A stretch of DNA of 37,376 nucleotides from a virus. The translations under genes were made by a program, and so were the position numbers. Location of the stretch: positions 1 to 37,376 of the IMG/VR virus record IMGVR_UViG_3300027632_000001. One strand, 5' to 3'. This document shows positions 1 to 8,443 of this stretch, one piece after another; the stretch's first letter is position 1, and each line of letters opens with the position of its first letter. The notes beneath the pieces were generated by a model. It saw nothing but the letters and a program-made list of their open reading frames with translations, searched no databases and was not told the origin of the DNA.

Positions 1-127
1 CTTTCTCATGTGTCTCTCCACTGTTGGGGCCTTCGGGCCCCTTTTTTTCCCCAGGAGGGAATATGATACGGACAGCACAGCCCGAGCTCTACGCCGGGGA
101 CCACACTGAAGACCCTATACCTTTACA
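1..127. repeat. Terminal overlap, identical to 37250-37376 (circular closure of the contig)
   Basis: Base-by-base identity of 1-127 with 37250-37376 read directly from the sequence. Confidence 0.95.
26..48 (+). terminator. Intrinsic terminator (same element as 37275-37297)
   Basis: GGGGCC-TTCG-GGCCCC stem-loop followed by T7 run. Confidence 0.8.
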
Positions 128-287
128 ACTCGAGCCTCTCGTAGATTGGCTAGATCGAAATTACCCCGAGCAAAGCCTTCGCTCCTCGGAGCCCGCGGCT
201 ATCGATGCCAGCCTTAAGCGGACTGGTGTCCGCGAACTCATCAACGACCTCCGAGGTCACATCGTACATCTAAACAGCGGAGACTAA
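63..287 (+). CDS. Hypothetical protein (74 aa), first ORF after the late promoters
   Basis: ATG at 63 preceded by AGGAGGG (53-59). ORF-track frame 24..287 trimmed because 24-48 is the terminator hairpin. No recognisable motif. Confidence 0.5.
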   Translation: MIRTAQPELYAGDHTEDPIPLQLEPLVDWLDRNYPEQSLRSSEPAAIDASLKRTGVRELINDLRGHIVHLNSGD

Positions 288-290
288 ATA

Positions 291-476
291 ATGTGCACAC
301 CTAATCTTCTCGGTGGAGGCCTGAGCGCCCCCGCTGCTCCTCCTCCTCCCGAGCCGAAGCAGACCGCGCCCGCCTTAGCTGATGACACTAAGCGCCGGTC
401 TCTCCGTATTTCCCGCAAGCCTGCAACGACTGAGCCTAAGCAGTCCTCGTTTGGGTTGCCTACTTTAGGAGTCTAG
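291..476 (+). CDS. Hypothetical Pro/Ala-rich protein (61 aa), N-terminus MCTP
   Basis: ATG 7 nt after GGAGA. Tightly packed between neighbours. N-terminus resembles that of the 8404 gene. Confidence 0.45.
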   Translation: MCTPNLLGGGLSAPAAPPPPEPKQTAPALADDTKRRSLRISRKPATTEPKQSSFGLPTLGV

Positions 477-479
477 TCT

Positions 480-2033
480 ATGGCCAGCGCACGCAAACGC
501 TACGCAGCTATGGTCTCCCTCAGGGAGCCCTTCCTTGATCGAGCTCGAGAGTGCGCCCAGTACACGCAGCCCTACTTGCTGCCGCCCGAAGGCCACTCCT
601 ACTCGCAGAAACTCACAACCCCTTACCAGGGTCTTGGAAGCCGAGGTGTAAACAACCTCGCCTCTAAGTTACTCCTTATTCTTATGCCACCCAACACGAC
701 CAACTTCAAGCTTGATGTCGATGACTATCAAGTGCAGCAGATGGTTGATGAAGGTGGCGACGCTACGCGCGGTGAACTTGAAGACGAGTTCTCCCGTATC
801 GAGCGTGCAGTTGTACGTGACCTCGAGTCCACCACGATCCGTGTGCAGTTATCCGAGGGCCTCAAGCTCTTGCTAGTGACTGGCAACATCGCTGTCGTGC
901 AGGATGATGAGGGATCGGCTCGTGTATTTCGCCTTGACCAGTACGTCTGCCGACGCGACCCAAGTAGTGGGAACGTGTTGGAAGTCATCACAAAGGAGGA
1001 GGTTGTCCCCGAGACCCTCTCGCCTGAGATTCAGATGGCATGCGACGCTGCTCCCAAAGCTGATGGAGACAGCACCAAGGTCACGGAAGTCTACACACGT
1101 TGGTTGCTAGACGGCAACAAGTGGTTGGTGCAGCAGGAGATCAATGATGTCCTGGTGCCCGGCTCTGAGGGTTCCTATCCTAAGGAGAAGACCCCCTTGG
1201 TTGTCCCTGCGACACACCGCCTTGATGGTGAAGACTACGGTCGTGGTTTTGTTGAGATGCTTCTTGGCGATCTCAAGACCTTCGACGGACTTTCTCGCCA
1301 CCTCCTCGACGCCGCCGCTGCTTCAGCGAAGACGTTGATTCTACGTAACCCGAACGGCGTGACTAGAGCTAAGGATCTAGAGCGTCCTAACCTGTCGATC
1401 GTTAACGGCAGTGCGGCCGATGTGACAGCTATGCGTCTCGATAAAGGCGCAGACATGCAGGTCCCATTCGGTCAAGCGCAGAACATCTCAGACAGACTTG
1501 AAGCGCAGTTCCTGCTTCCTTCCTCGATCCAGAGGAGTGGTGACAGGGTAACCGCTACTGAGATTAGAGCCGCCGCGTCAGAGCTAGAAGATGCTCTGGG
1601 TGGGATCTACTCTGTTCTGGCTCGTGAGCTACAGCTTCCTATTGTCGCTTTTCAGCTGGCGCGTCTTCAGCGTCAGAAGCGTATCCCCCAACTCCCAGCA
1701 GGAGTTATCCGCCCACGTATCACGACCGGACTTCAGGCTCTTGGCCGAGGTCACGACCTTGATAAGATTCGTGGATTCATCTCCGACCTATCCCAGTTAG
1801 GTAACCCTCAGGTGACTGAGGCGTTGGGCGTAAAGACGCGTGAGCTTACTGCTCGTGTGGCTGCCGCCTGGGGTGTGGATACTACTGACCTCTTCCTCTC
1901 TGAAGAGGAGCAGGCAGCCGCGTCGCAGCAGGCCCAGATGCAGCAGATGATGCAGCAGATTGGACCGGACGCCGCAAACCAGATGATGGGATCCATACGT
2001 GACCAAGCGAAACAGGAGGCACCCAATGCCTGA
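480..2033 (+). CDS. Portal (head-tail connector) protein, T7 gp8-like
   Basis: 517 aa. N-terminal RARECAQYTQPYLLP...YQGLGSRGVNNLASKLLL matches the T7 gp8 signature as I recall it. Position upstream of scaffold and capsid. Confidence 0.93.
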   Translation: MASARKRYAAMVSLREPFLDRARECAQYTQPYLLPPEGHSYSQKLTTPYQGLGSRGVNNLASKLLLILMPPNTTNFKLDVDDYQVQQMVDEGGDATRGELEDEFSRIERAVVRDLESTTIRVQLSEGLKLLLVTGNIAVVQDDEGSARVFRLDQYVCRRDPSSGNVLEVITKEEVVPETLSPEIQMACDAAPKADGDSTKVTEVYTRWLLDGNKWLVQQEINDVLVPGSEGSYPKEKTPLVVPATHRLDGEDYGRGFVEMLLGDLKTFDGLSRHLLDAAAASAKTLILRNPNGVTRAKDLERPNLSIVNGSAADVTAMRLDKGADMQVPFGQAQNISDRLEAQFLLPSSIQRSGDRVTATEIRAAASELEDALGGIYSVLARELQLPIVAFQLARLQRQKRIPQLPAGVIRPRITTGLQALGRGHDLDKIRGFISDLSQLGNPQVTEALGVKTRELTARVAAAWGVDTTDLFLSEEEQAAASQQAQMQQMMQQIGPDAANQMMGSIRDQAKQEAPNA

Positions 2034-2211
2034 TCTGATACAAGAGATGGAGGAAAAGCTCGCAGCTGTCAAAGCTCCTAAGAAGCGCCGCCGCAAGACT
2101 AAGCCAGAGATCAATTCTGTGGTGAACATCTTGAAGGAGCGCCTCGATAAGCAGGATGAGCTGATTCGTGAAGCCCGAGAGGCGATCGCGAAAGCCCTCA
2201 ACAAACGGTAA
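2026..2211 (+). CDS. Small basic/coiled protein (61 aa)
   Basis: ATG 2026 preceded by AGGAGG (2014-2019) and overlapping the portal stop (ATGCCTGA). ORF-track start 1999 has no RBS. Confidence 0.5.
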   Translation: MPDLIQEMEEKLAAVKAPKKRRRKTKPEINSVVNILKERLDKQDELIREAREAIAKALNKR

Positions 2212-2218
2212 AACATGT

Positions 2219-2234
2219 GGCGCCTTCGGGCGCC
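2219..2234 (+). other. c(UUCG)g GC hairpin at gene junction
   Basis: GGCGCC-TTCG-GGCGCC. No T-run. Confidence 0.6.
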
Positions 2235-2258
2235 CTTACCCTCAAAGGGGAAAAAACA

Positions 2259-3134
2259 GTGGAAATAAAGATTGACGCAGTTGCTGCGGAAGAGATCCCT
2301 ACCCAGTCCGTTGAAGAAGCGAAAGCTGCGGAAGCGGGTCTGCCTTCGGATGCGACTGAAGAATCCAGTGGCTTGCCTGAGTGGCTGCCTGAGCAGTATG
2401 CGGTGAAGAAAGAAGACGGCACCCTTGATATGGCCGCCTCCGCCCAGAAACTGGCTCAAGCCAACAGCGAGCTGAACAAACAGTTCACCCAGACTAAACA
2501 GACAGAAGCTACGGCAGAAGAGCCTAAGGCAGAAGAGCCTAAGGCAGAAGAGCCTAAGGCAGAAGAGCCTAAGGCCGAGACTGAGACCGAGCTGCCTGAG
2601 GTACCTAAGGTAGAGGGAGCGACTCCGCTCACCGCCGAAGACCTCCAAACCTATGCAGACAAGTACGCGCAGAACAGCGGTGAACTCTCTGCCGAAGACT
2701 ATGCCGAACTCGAGAAGCGTGGCTATTCTAAGGAGATAGTTGACACCTACGTGCGTGGCGTGGAAGCGCAGACGCAGGCCTTCTACACCGAAGTCACCTC
2801 CGTTGTACCTGAGACCGTGAAGCTCGACTCGATGGTTGAGTGGGCCAAAGGTGGTGGTGTTGATGCTCAGTTCGCGTCGCAGTTCGATGCCGCTCTGGCT
2901 AGCAACAACGCGATGGTAGCTCAGCAGGCGATGAAAGCCTTGGTTGAGAAGTACACTGCATCGGAAGGAACCGCTCCACAGACCCGCGTCACTGGCGCAG
3001 GTTCGACTAACTCTCAGTCCGCGTATAGCAACCAGGAGGAATTTATCCGCGATATCAAAGACGCTAGGTACATGAGCGATCCTGCCTACCGTAAGTCTGT
3101 CGAAGCTAAGCTGGCCCGGAGTACTAGCTTCTAA
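2259..3134 (+). CDS. Scaffolding protein, T7 gp9-like (start uncertain, 2217-2259)
   Basis: Acidic protein. C-terminal ...LSAEDYAELEKRGYSKEIVDTYVRG... and ...ARYMSDPAYRKSVEAKLA..SF parallel T7 gp9. GTG 2259 follows AAGGGG. GTG 2217 lies inside the 2219-2234 hairpin. Confidence 0.75.
   Translation: MEIKIDAVAAEEIPTQSVEEAKAAEAGLPSDATEESSGLPEWLPEQYAVKKEDGTLDMAASAQKLAQANSELNKQFTQTKQTEATAEEPKAEEPKAEEPKAEEPKAETETELPEVPKVEGATPLTAEDLQTYADKYAQNSGELSAEDYAELEKRGYSKEIVDTYVRGVEAQTQAFYTEVTSVVPETVKLDSMVEWAKGGGVDAQFASQFDAALASNNAMVAQQAMKALVEKYTASEGTAPQTRVTGAGSTNSQSAYSNQEEFIRDIKDARYMSDPAYRKSVEAKLARSTSF
2514..2573 (+). repeat. Perfect 4 x 15-bp tandem repeat (GCAGAAGAGCCTAAG) encoding (AEEPK)4 in the scaffold gene
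   Basis: Four identical consecutive 15-mers read from the sequence. Confidence 0.95.
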
Positions 3135-3335
3135 CCCTTTAGCTCTGCACGTGGCCACGTGCGGGGCTCCCCCATAGGCTCGGCCAAGCCTGTGGTTTGC
3201 TGTAACCGCCCGACTTCAAGGGGCATGTGTTGAAACCAATTCCCCTAAGGGGGAGCACCTGGTGGATACACTGCCCCGAGAGACGGCGTAGACTCTACCC
3301 CAAAACTCTCTCAAAACCCCTTATAGGTAACTCAA
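3135..3335 (+). promoter_or_regulatory. 200-nt structured untranslated leader upstream of the major capsid gene
   Basis: No plausible ORF. Hairpins at 3147-3162, 3172-3195 (9 bp) and 3241-3254. Alternative pairing of CCCC 3242-3245 with GGGG 3220-3223 or 3250-3253. Confidence 0.5.
3147..3162. repeat. Perfect 16-bp palindrome GCACGTGGCCACGTGC
   Basis: Self-complementary 16-mer 13 nt after the scaffold stop. Confidence 0.9.
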
Positions 3336-4262
3336 ATGGCGAATTTCACTATCCTCGGTCACGGTCAGGTCAATGGCGCTGGCGCGTCCGACGCTCTGTT
3401 CCTGAAACAGTACAGTGGCGAAGTCCTGGCTGCCTTCGAGCAGACCAATGTTATGATGCCTATGCATTCCGTGCGTAGCATTAACTCCGGTAAGAGCGCG
3501 CAGTTCCCCGCGACCTCGCGTGTATCTGCCGGCTACCACACTCCTGGTGCGACCCTGGTCGGCCAGCAGGTGAACCACGCTGAGCGTGTCATCACCATCG
3601 ACGACATGCTGGTCGCCGATGTCTTCATTCCTGAGATTGACGAAGCCAAAGAGCACTTTGACGTGCGTTCGACCTACAGCATGGAGACCGGCCGTGAGCT
3701 GGCCTCTGAGCTAGACAAGCACGTCCTTCAGACTGCTGTCCTCGCGGCCCGCGCTTCCGCTACCATCACTGGTGGTGACGCTGGTTCTAAGCTGGTTGAC
3801 GCTGGTTATGCGACGACTGGTGCTACCATTGCTGCTGGCATCTTCGCTGCTGCCCAGAAGATGGACGAGAAGAACATTCCTGAGAATGATCGTTATGCCG
3901 TCCTGCGTCCTGCTCAGTACTACCTGATGGCTCAGACCACCGACGTGCTGAACCGCGATTGGGGTGGCAGTGGCGTGTACTCGGAGGGTTCCGTACTGAA
4001 GGTTGCTGGTATCAGCATCGTGAAGTCGAACAACCTGCCTTCGACCAACATCACCACTGGTCCTGCTAAGTATCAGGGTAACTTCGCCGCTACTCAGGGT
4101 CTTGTGTTCCACAAGAGCGCTGTTGGTACGGTGAAGCTGAAGGACATGAGCGTCCGTATGGACTATCAGCCCCGCGAGCTTGGCACCTTGATCGTTGCCA
4201 AGATGCTTGTAGGTTCTGGTATCCTGCGTCCTGAAGCTGCCGTTGAACTGGCGAGCGCCTAA
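3336..4262 (+). CDS. Major capsid protein, T7 gp10A-like
   Basis: 308 aa. ALFLKQYSGEVLAAFEQT...VRSINSGKSAQFP...ERVITIDDMLVADVF parallels T7 gp10 (LALFLKVFGGEVLTAF...VRSISSGKSAQFP). Confidence 0.94.
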   Translation: MANFTILGHGQVNGAGASDALFLKQYSGEVLAAFEQTNVMMPMHSVRSINSGKSAQFPATSRVSAGYHTPGATLVGQQVNHAERVITIDDMLVADVFIPEIDEAKEHFDVRSTYSMETGRELASELDKHVLQTAVLAARASATITGGDAGSKLVDAGYATTGATIAAGIFAAAQKMDEKNIPENDRYAVLRPAQYYLMAQTTDVLNRDWGGSGVYSEGSVLKVAGISIVKSNNLPSTNITTGPAKYQGNFAATQGLVFHKSAVGTVKLKDMSVRMDYQPRELGTLIVAKMLVGSGILRPEAAVELASA

Positions 4263-4271
4263 ACCCAACAT

Positions 4272-4296
4272 GGGGGCCTTCGGGCCCCCCTTTTTT
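4272..4296 (+). terminator. Intrinsic terminator after the capsid gene (T-phi-like position)
   Basis: GGGGGCC-TTCG-GGCCCCC stem-loop plus C-TTTTTT. Confidence 0.85.
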
Positions 4297-4311
4297 ACTA
4301 AGGATGAACGT

Positions 4312-4911
4312 ATGAGCCAGCTAAATACTTTTACTACTCTAACCACTAACGGCAGCACTGCCGGCTTCCAGCTCGACAGGGTTGGTACTGACCTGAATAT
4401 CTTTCTAACAGGTACTGTAAACTTCGGTTCCGGCGGTGTCCTTACGATGGAGACTTCTCCTGATGGCGGGACTACCTGGGTTGCTTACCCAACAGGCATC
4501 TGGTCTACTGCCGCTGCTGGTTTAATTGGTAAATTCATGCTCTCCGCGCCTCTGGTGCGTTTTACACTGAGTAATGCCACGGCTGCTGCTAGCATCACTA
4601 TCCAGGTCCAAGGTAGGGACCGCTCTGTCAGCCTTGACAATTATAAAGCTTTCACCGCTAACGGTAACGCGGATGTCCATCTACCACGCCCGACCAGCAC
4701 CGTAGAGGTCTATGCCTACGGCACATGGGATGGGGCTACCGTAGCTGTGAGTTACTCCCCGGACGCGCTCACTACGCTGTACTCCGTGGGGTCTGCAACA
4801 GCAGACGGCATCATCGCTGTGGATAACGTAGCTGATCTACGCGACTTCCGTGTCGCCGTATCCAGCGCAGGAGCAAGCACAGACCTAAAGGTGCGGACCT
4901 TCGCACACTAA
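4312..4911 (+). CDS. Hypothetical two-domain protein (199 aa), candidate minor capsid/decoration protein
   Basis: ATG 4312 after AAGGA. Internal duplication of a beta-rich domain of about 90 aa. Lies behind the capsid terminator. Confidence 0.65.
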   Translation: MSQLNTFTTLTTNGSTAGFQLDRVGTDLNIFLTGTVNFGSGGVLTMETSPDGGTTWVAYPTGIWSTAAAGLIGKFMLSAPLVRFTLSNATAAASITIQVQGRDRSVSLDNYKAFTANGNADVHLPRPTSTVEVYAYGTWDGATVAVSYSPDALTTLYSVGSATADGIIAVDNVADLRDFRVAVSSAGASTDLKVRTFAH

Positions 4912-4917
4912 CCTAGA

Positions 4918-4935
4918 GGGAGGCTTCGGCCTCCC
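4918..4935 (+). other. c(UUCG)g GC hairpin at gene junction
   Basis: GGGAGGC-TTCG-GCCTCCC. No T-run. Confidence 0.6.
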
Positions 4936-4953
4936 CTCACGTGGAGAATTCTC

Positions 4954-5547
4954 ATGGCTCTCACTTTGACTACTGAGCTTGAAGCTGTAAACATGATGCT
5001 CGAGACTATCGGCGAGCAACCTGTAAACACCTTGACCGTCTCAGGTTTGGCTGATGTAGCCATGGCTAAGCAACGACTCAAGGTAGAATCCCGAAAGGTC
5101 CAAGCCAGCGGCTGGGACTTTAACACTGACATCAAATTCAGATTGGTTCGGGACACCAACAACCAGATCCCCCGCCCCACCGATGCGCTTCGCATTGATG
5201 TGGTAGGCTCCTCCGTTGACATCGTCGAGCGTGGTTCGTTCCTCTACAATAGAGACACGAACAGCTTCACGTTCACTGAGGATTACGACTTTGACATCGT
5301 ACGGTTCCTCAACTTTGAGGACCTGCCCGAAGCTGCTCGCTTCTACATCGCTGTTCGCGCGTCGCGTGTGTTCCAGCGTAGAGTGCTGGGCGACGATGCG
5401 ATCGAAGCATTCACGCAGGACGAGGAGTTCGAGGCGCGGATTCTGCTAGAGGACGCCGATAGCGAAACAGCAGACCGCTCACTTCTAAACGATCCTGTTA
5501 CAGCACACCTGGCACGAGCAAATCGTAGCCGCGAGTTGAGGTGGTAA
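4954..5547 (+). CDS. Tail tubular protein A, T7 gp11-like
   Basis: 197 aa. ELEAVNMMLETIGEQPVNTL...SGWDFNTD parallels T7 gp11 ([20 protein letters not shown]...RGWTFN). Confidence 0.9.
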   Translation: MALTLTTELEAVNMMLETIGEQPVNTLTVSGLADVAMAKQRLKVESRKVQASGWDFNTDIKFRLVRDTNNQIPRPTDALRIDVVGSSVDIVERGSFLYNRDTNSFTFTEDYDFDIVRFLNFEDLPEAARFYIAVRASRVFQRRVLGDDAIEAFTQDEEFEARILLEDADSETADRSLLNDPVTAHLARANRSRELRW

Positions 5548-5548
5548 T

Positions 5549-7900
5549 ATGGCCCTTACAACCCAAGCGATACCCTCCCTGCTTAACGGCGTGAGCCAGC
5601 AGCCACCTTCCGTGAGGCACCCCACGCAAGCTGAGGAGCAAACAAACGCGCTTAGTTCGCTGTCGTCTGGGTTAGAGAAAAGACCTCCCACCCAGCACGT
5701 CGCTAAGCTGATCAACACTCCGCTACCTGCGGCTGACCCAGGGGTACACCACATCCAGGTGTCCTCCGCTAACCAATTCGTAGCGCTGTTTAACAAGAAC
5801 AACGTGTCTGTGTTTGATGTAAGCACAGGCGCGGCGCAGACCGTAGCATACTCAGACTACACAGAGAAGCTCCTGAAGAAGACGGCCGCTGCTGAACTAG
5901 CTCGGGTACGTCTCGTGTACATCCCTGACGCTGCGAGCACGATCTTGCTCGCATCGCAGGTAGGCTCGGGAACTGTGGTTTGGGAGAAAGCGGATGATGC
6001 TGCTTTCACAACCAACGTGGTTGAGCTACGTTCCGACACTACCACAACTTCAGCTACCGTAGCCTGGGCTCCGGGAACTGACAATGGGAAGTACATCCGA
6101 GCTCGCGTCACTGGGTACACCTCAGGTACAGTCGAGGCGGATGCTACGTGGAAAGCTACTAACTACCTTCAGGCCGCCGCGCCTAGGGGTACCTTCAAGG
6201 CTATATCCATAGCCGACACGACCTTTGTCCTCAACACCGACATCTCTGTCCAGCTGGACGAGGAGACGGGTTACGCCGCTGTTACGGGAACGTCGCAGAC
6301 GTTCGCTGCTCTGCCTGCTGCGAGCGAGGGTGAGATCTACGAGGTTGTAGGAGATCAGGCCACCAAGTTCGACAACTACCACGTGAAGTTCACGGGCGGT
6401 ATCTGGCGTGAGACCTACGGCCCTGGACTGAAGAATGGGTTCAACCAGCTGACGATGCCTCATATCCTGACGTATGATGGCACTACCTTCACCTTTGGTG
6501 TTGGCCAGTGGGACGGTCGTTCGGTAGGGGACAGTGACTCTGCTAAGGAGCCGCCCTTCGTTGGTAAGGAGATCCAGGATGTATTCTTCTTTAGAGATCG
6601 CCTGGGTATCTGTGCCGGAGAGTCGGTTGTACTAAGTCGCGTAGGGACAGCCCCCGGAGGTTACTTCAACTTCTGGCCTGAGACTGTCACCGCGATCTTA
6701 GATAGCGACCCCGTCATTCGCAGCGCACCCCATAGACGCATCTCCAAGTATGACAACGCAGTACCTTTTGACAAGTCTCTGCTGTTGTTCTCCGAGGAGG
6801 CGCAGTTCGTGATGAACGCGGGAGCGTTGCTTACGCCTGAGACCGCAAGGGTTGATATCGCCACGGAGTTTAACTCCTCGGCTTCTGTGAAGCCTTTCGG
6901 TATCGGACAGAACGTCTACTTCGCGGAGGACAAAGGAAGCTTCACTGGCGTCCGGGAATACTTCGTGGAGCCTGAGACCGTTACGAACGACGCTGCGGAT
7001 GTGACAGCACACGTACCTACCTACATACCGACGGGAGCCTTCAGGCTTACAGGTTCGTCCAACGAGGACATCATGTTTGCGTTGACTAGTGGTGCGGCGA
7101 GCACGCTGTTCGTCTACAAGTTCCATTGGCGAGGGAGCGAGAAGACTCAATCCTCCTGGTCGCGGTGGGAGCTGGGTACGGAGGAGACCTTACTGGGCGC
7201 TGAGATGCGCGCATCGACTCTACACCTCGTGAGTAAACGGTCAGATGGGATCCACCTGCTGAAGATGGAGCTAGCTTCGGATGCCTCTACCGCCGTTGTA
7301 GGTGAGAGAGTTCATCTAGATAGACGAGCGACGCTGACTGGCGTGTATAACTCTGGCTCAGATCTGACTACGTGGACGCTGCCTTACGAGACTTCCTCAG
7401 CTGTAACTGTTGTACAAGGAACAGGCTTCACCTCCCCTGGTCATGAACTGACCACATCGAAGCCTACTTCCACGACCGTTACCGCCTCAGGAGACTACAG
7501 TGGTGGGGCCTGCTTGGTCGGTACTGAGTACACAACCAGCTACACCTTGAGCGAGCAGTTCATCCAGACGCAGACCTCTAGCGGCTCTCCGACAGCGACG
7601 TTAGGCGGGAGACTACAGTTGCGTCAGATGTCTGTACGACACTTCGAGACCGGTAACTACCAAGTTACGGTGAAACCTAAGGCTAGGGACACCCAGACAT
7701 ATACCTTCAGTGGTAAGGTGCTGGGCGACTCGACGTTAGTTCTAGGTCAGCTGAGTAGAAACACGGGGACCTTTAAGGTTCCGCTTCTAGGGCGATCCTC
7801 GCAACTAGACATCACCCTACTCAACGATACCTGGCGCGCGTCTAGCTGGCTGAGTGTCGAGTGGACTGGTCTGTTTAGCGGACGTTCCGTGATCCAATAA
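5549..7900 (+). CDS. Tail tubular protein B, T7 gp12-like
   Basis: 783 aa. MALTTQAIPSLLNGVSQQPPSVRHPTQ...GLEKRPP parallels the T7 gp12 N-terminus. Confidence 0.93.
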   Translation: MALTTQAIPSLLNGVSQQPPSVRHPTQAEEQTNALSSLSSGLEKRPPTQHVAKLINTPLPAADPGVHHIQVSSANQFVALFNKNNVSVFDVSTGAAQTVAYSDYTEKLLKKTAAAELARVRLVYIPDAASTILLASQVGSGTVVWEKADDAAFTTNVVELRSDTTTTSATVAWAPGTDNGKYIRARVTGYTSGTVEADATWKATNYLQAAAPRGTFKAISIADTTFVLNTDISVQLDEETGYAAVTGTSQTFAALPAASEGEIYEVVGDQATKFDNYHVKFTGGIWRETYGPGLKNGFNQLTMPHILTYDGTTFTFGVGQWDGRSVGDSDSAKEPPFVGKEIQDVFFFRDRLGICAGESVVLSRVGTAPGGYFNFWPETVTAILDSDPVIRSAPHRRISKYDNAVPFDKSLLLFSEEAQFVMNAGALLTPETARVDIATEFNSSASVKPFGIGQNVYFAEDKGSFTGVREYFVEPETVTNDAADVTAHVPTYIPTGAFRLTGSSNEDIMFALTSGAASTLFVYKFHWRGSEKTQSSWSRWELGTEETLLGAEMRASTLHLVSKRSDGIHLLKMELASDASTAVVGERVHLDRRATLTGVYNSGSDLTTWTLPYETSSAVTVVQGTGFTSPGHELTTSKPTSTTVTASGDYSGGACLVGTEYTTSYTLSEQFIQTQTSSGSPTATLGGRLQLRQMSVRHFETGNYQVTVKPKARDTQTYTFSGKVLGDSTLVLGQLSRNTGTFKVPLLGRSSQLDITLLNDTWRASSWLSVEWTGLFSGRSVIQ

Positions 7901-7945
7901 ACTAGGGGCGTCCTGGGAAACCAGGGCGTCCTTCAGGAGAAACCA

Positions 7946-8443
7946 ATGACTACTGAGACAAAAGATCTCAAGGTCGTAGAAACAGTGGAACTAGATTTCA
8001 AGCACTTCGCCGAGAACATAAGACCGTGGGACGCCCGAGAGGTCGCCGCTTCTTATCCTGGCGTGGAGCTAGAGGATGCCCTGCGCTTGTGCGTGGAGGC
8101 CTCCCGCCGAACATGGGTAGGCTTCGTAGATGGCCTTCCTGTCCTGATGGCGGGCGTAGCGGATATCGATGGAGCGCCTCATGTCGGCTGCCCTTGGTTC
8201 CTCGCTACCACCAAATTCCCAGTCGTGTCCTTTTCGAAGGTCGCACCTTATTACATAGGCCTCATGGCCGAGGGGAAGACTCTCCTCTACAACTACGTCG
8301 CCTCGGGCAACAAGCTAGCTCACCGCTGGCTACGTCGCACAGGCTTCACTTTATCTGACCAGCCGTTCAACCACGGCGGCACACAATTCGTGGAGTTCAA
8401 ATTATGTGTACCCCAGCCATCCTCCCAGCCCTCGGCTCCTTGA
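7946..8443 (+). CDS. Internal virion protein A-like (gp13 position), possibly acetyltransferase-like fold
   Basis: 165 aa in the gp13 slot. C-terminal ...NKLAHRWLRRTGF resembles GNAT-type motifs. Assignment is mainly positional. Confidence 0.45.
   Translation: MTTETKDLKVVETVELDFKHFAENIRPWDAREVAASYPGVELEDALRLCVEASRRTWVGFVDGLPVLMAGVADIDGAPHVGCPWFLATTKFPVVSFSKVAPYYIGLMAEGKTLLYNYVASGNKLAHRWLRRTGFTLSDQPFNHGGTQFVEFKLCVPQPSSQPSAP

Noticed and set aside
2217-2258. GTG 2217 as the scaffolding gene start (ORF-track start).
   Set aside because: The codon sits inside the 2219-2234 GC hairpin and has no RBS. GTG 2259, downstream of AAGGGG, is preferred, but the start remains uncertain.
1797-3158. 453-aa ORF on the minus strand, the longest antisense ORF.
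   Set aside because: It lies antisense to the well-supported portal and scaffold genes. It is low-complexity, and its LRLFC repeats are just the reverse of the AEEPK tandem repeat. It has no RBS. Every supported gene in this genome is on the + strand. The same reasoning applies to the other minus-strand ORFs, for example 12493-13587, 30552-31157 and 3711-4358.
3160-3181. Possible fifth phage-RNAP promoter upstream of the capsid gene (GTGCGGGGCTCCCCCATAGGCT).
   Set aside because: About one third of its positions differ from the four-copy consensus, including the TATAGA core (CATAGG). It is not supportable without TSS data.
4243-4311. Possible +1 frameshift fusing the major capsid protein to the downstream 4312-4911 protein (T7 gp10A/10B analogy). 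The +1 frame is open from 4243 through the intergenic terminator.
   Set aside because: I see no slippery or shift-prone sequence in the last capsid codons. An open stretch of about 23 codons is not statistically unusual. The downstream gene has its own AAGGA-N7-ATG start.
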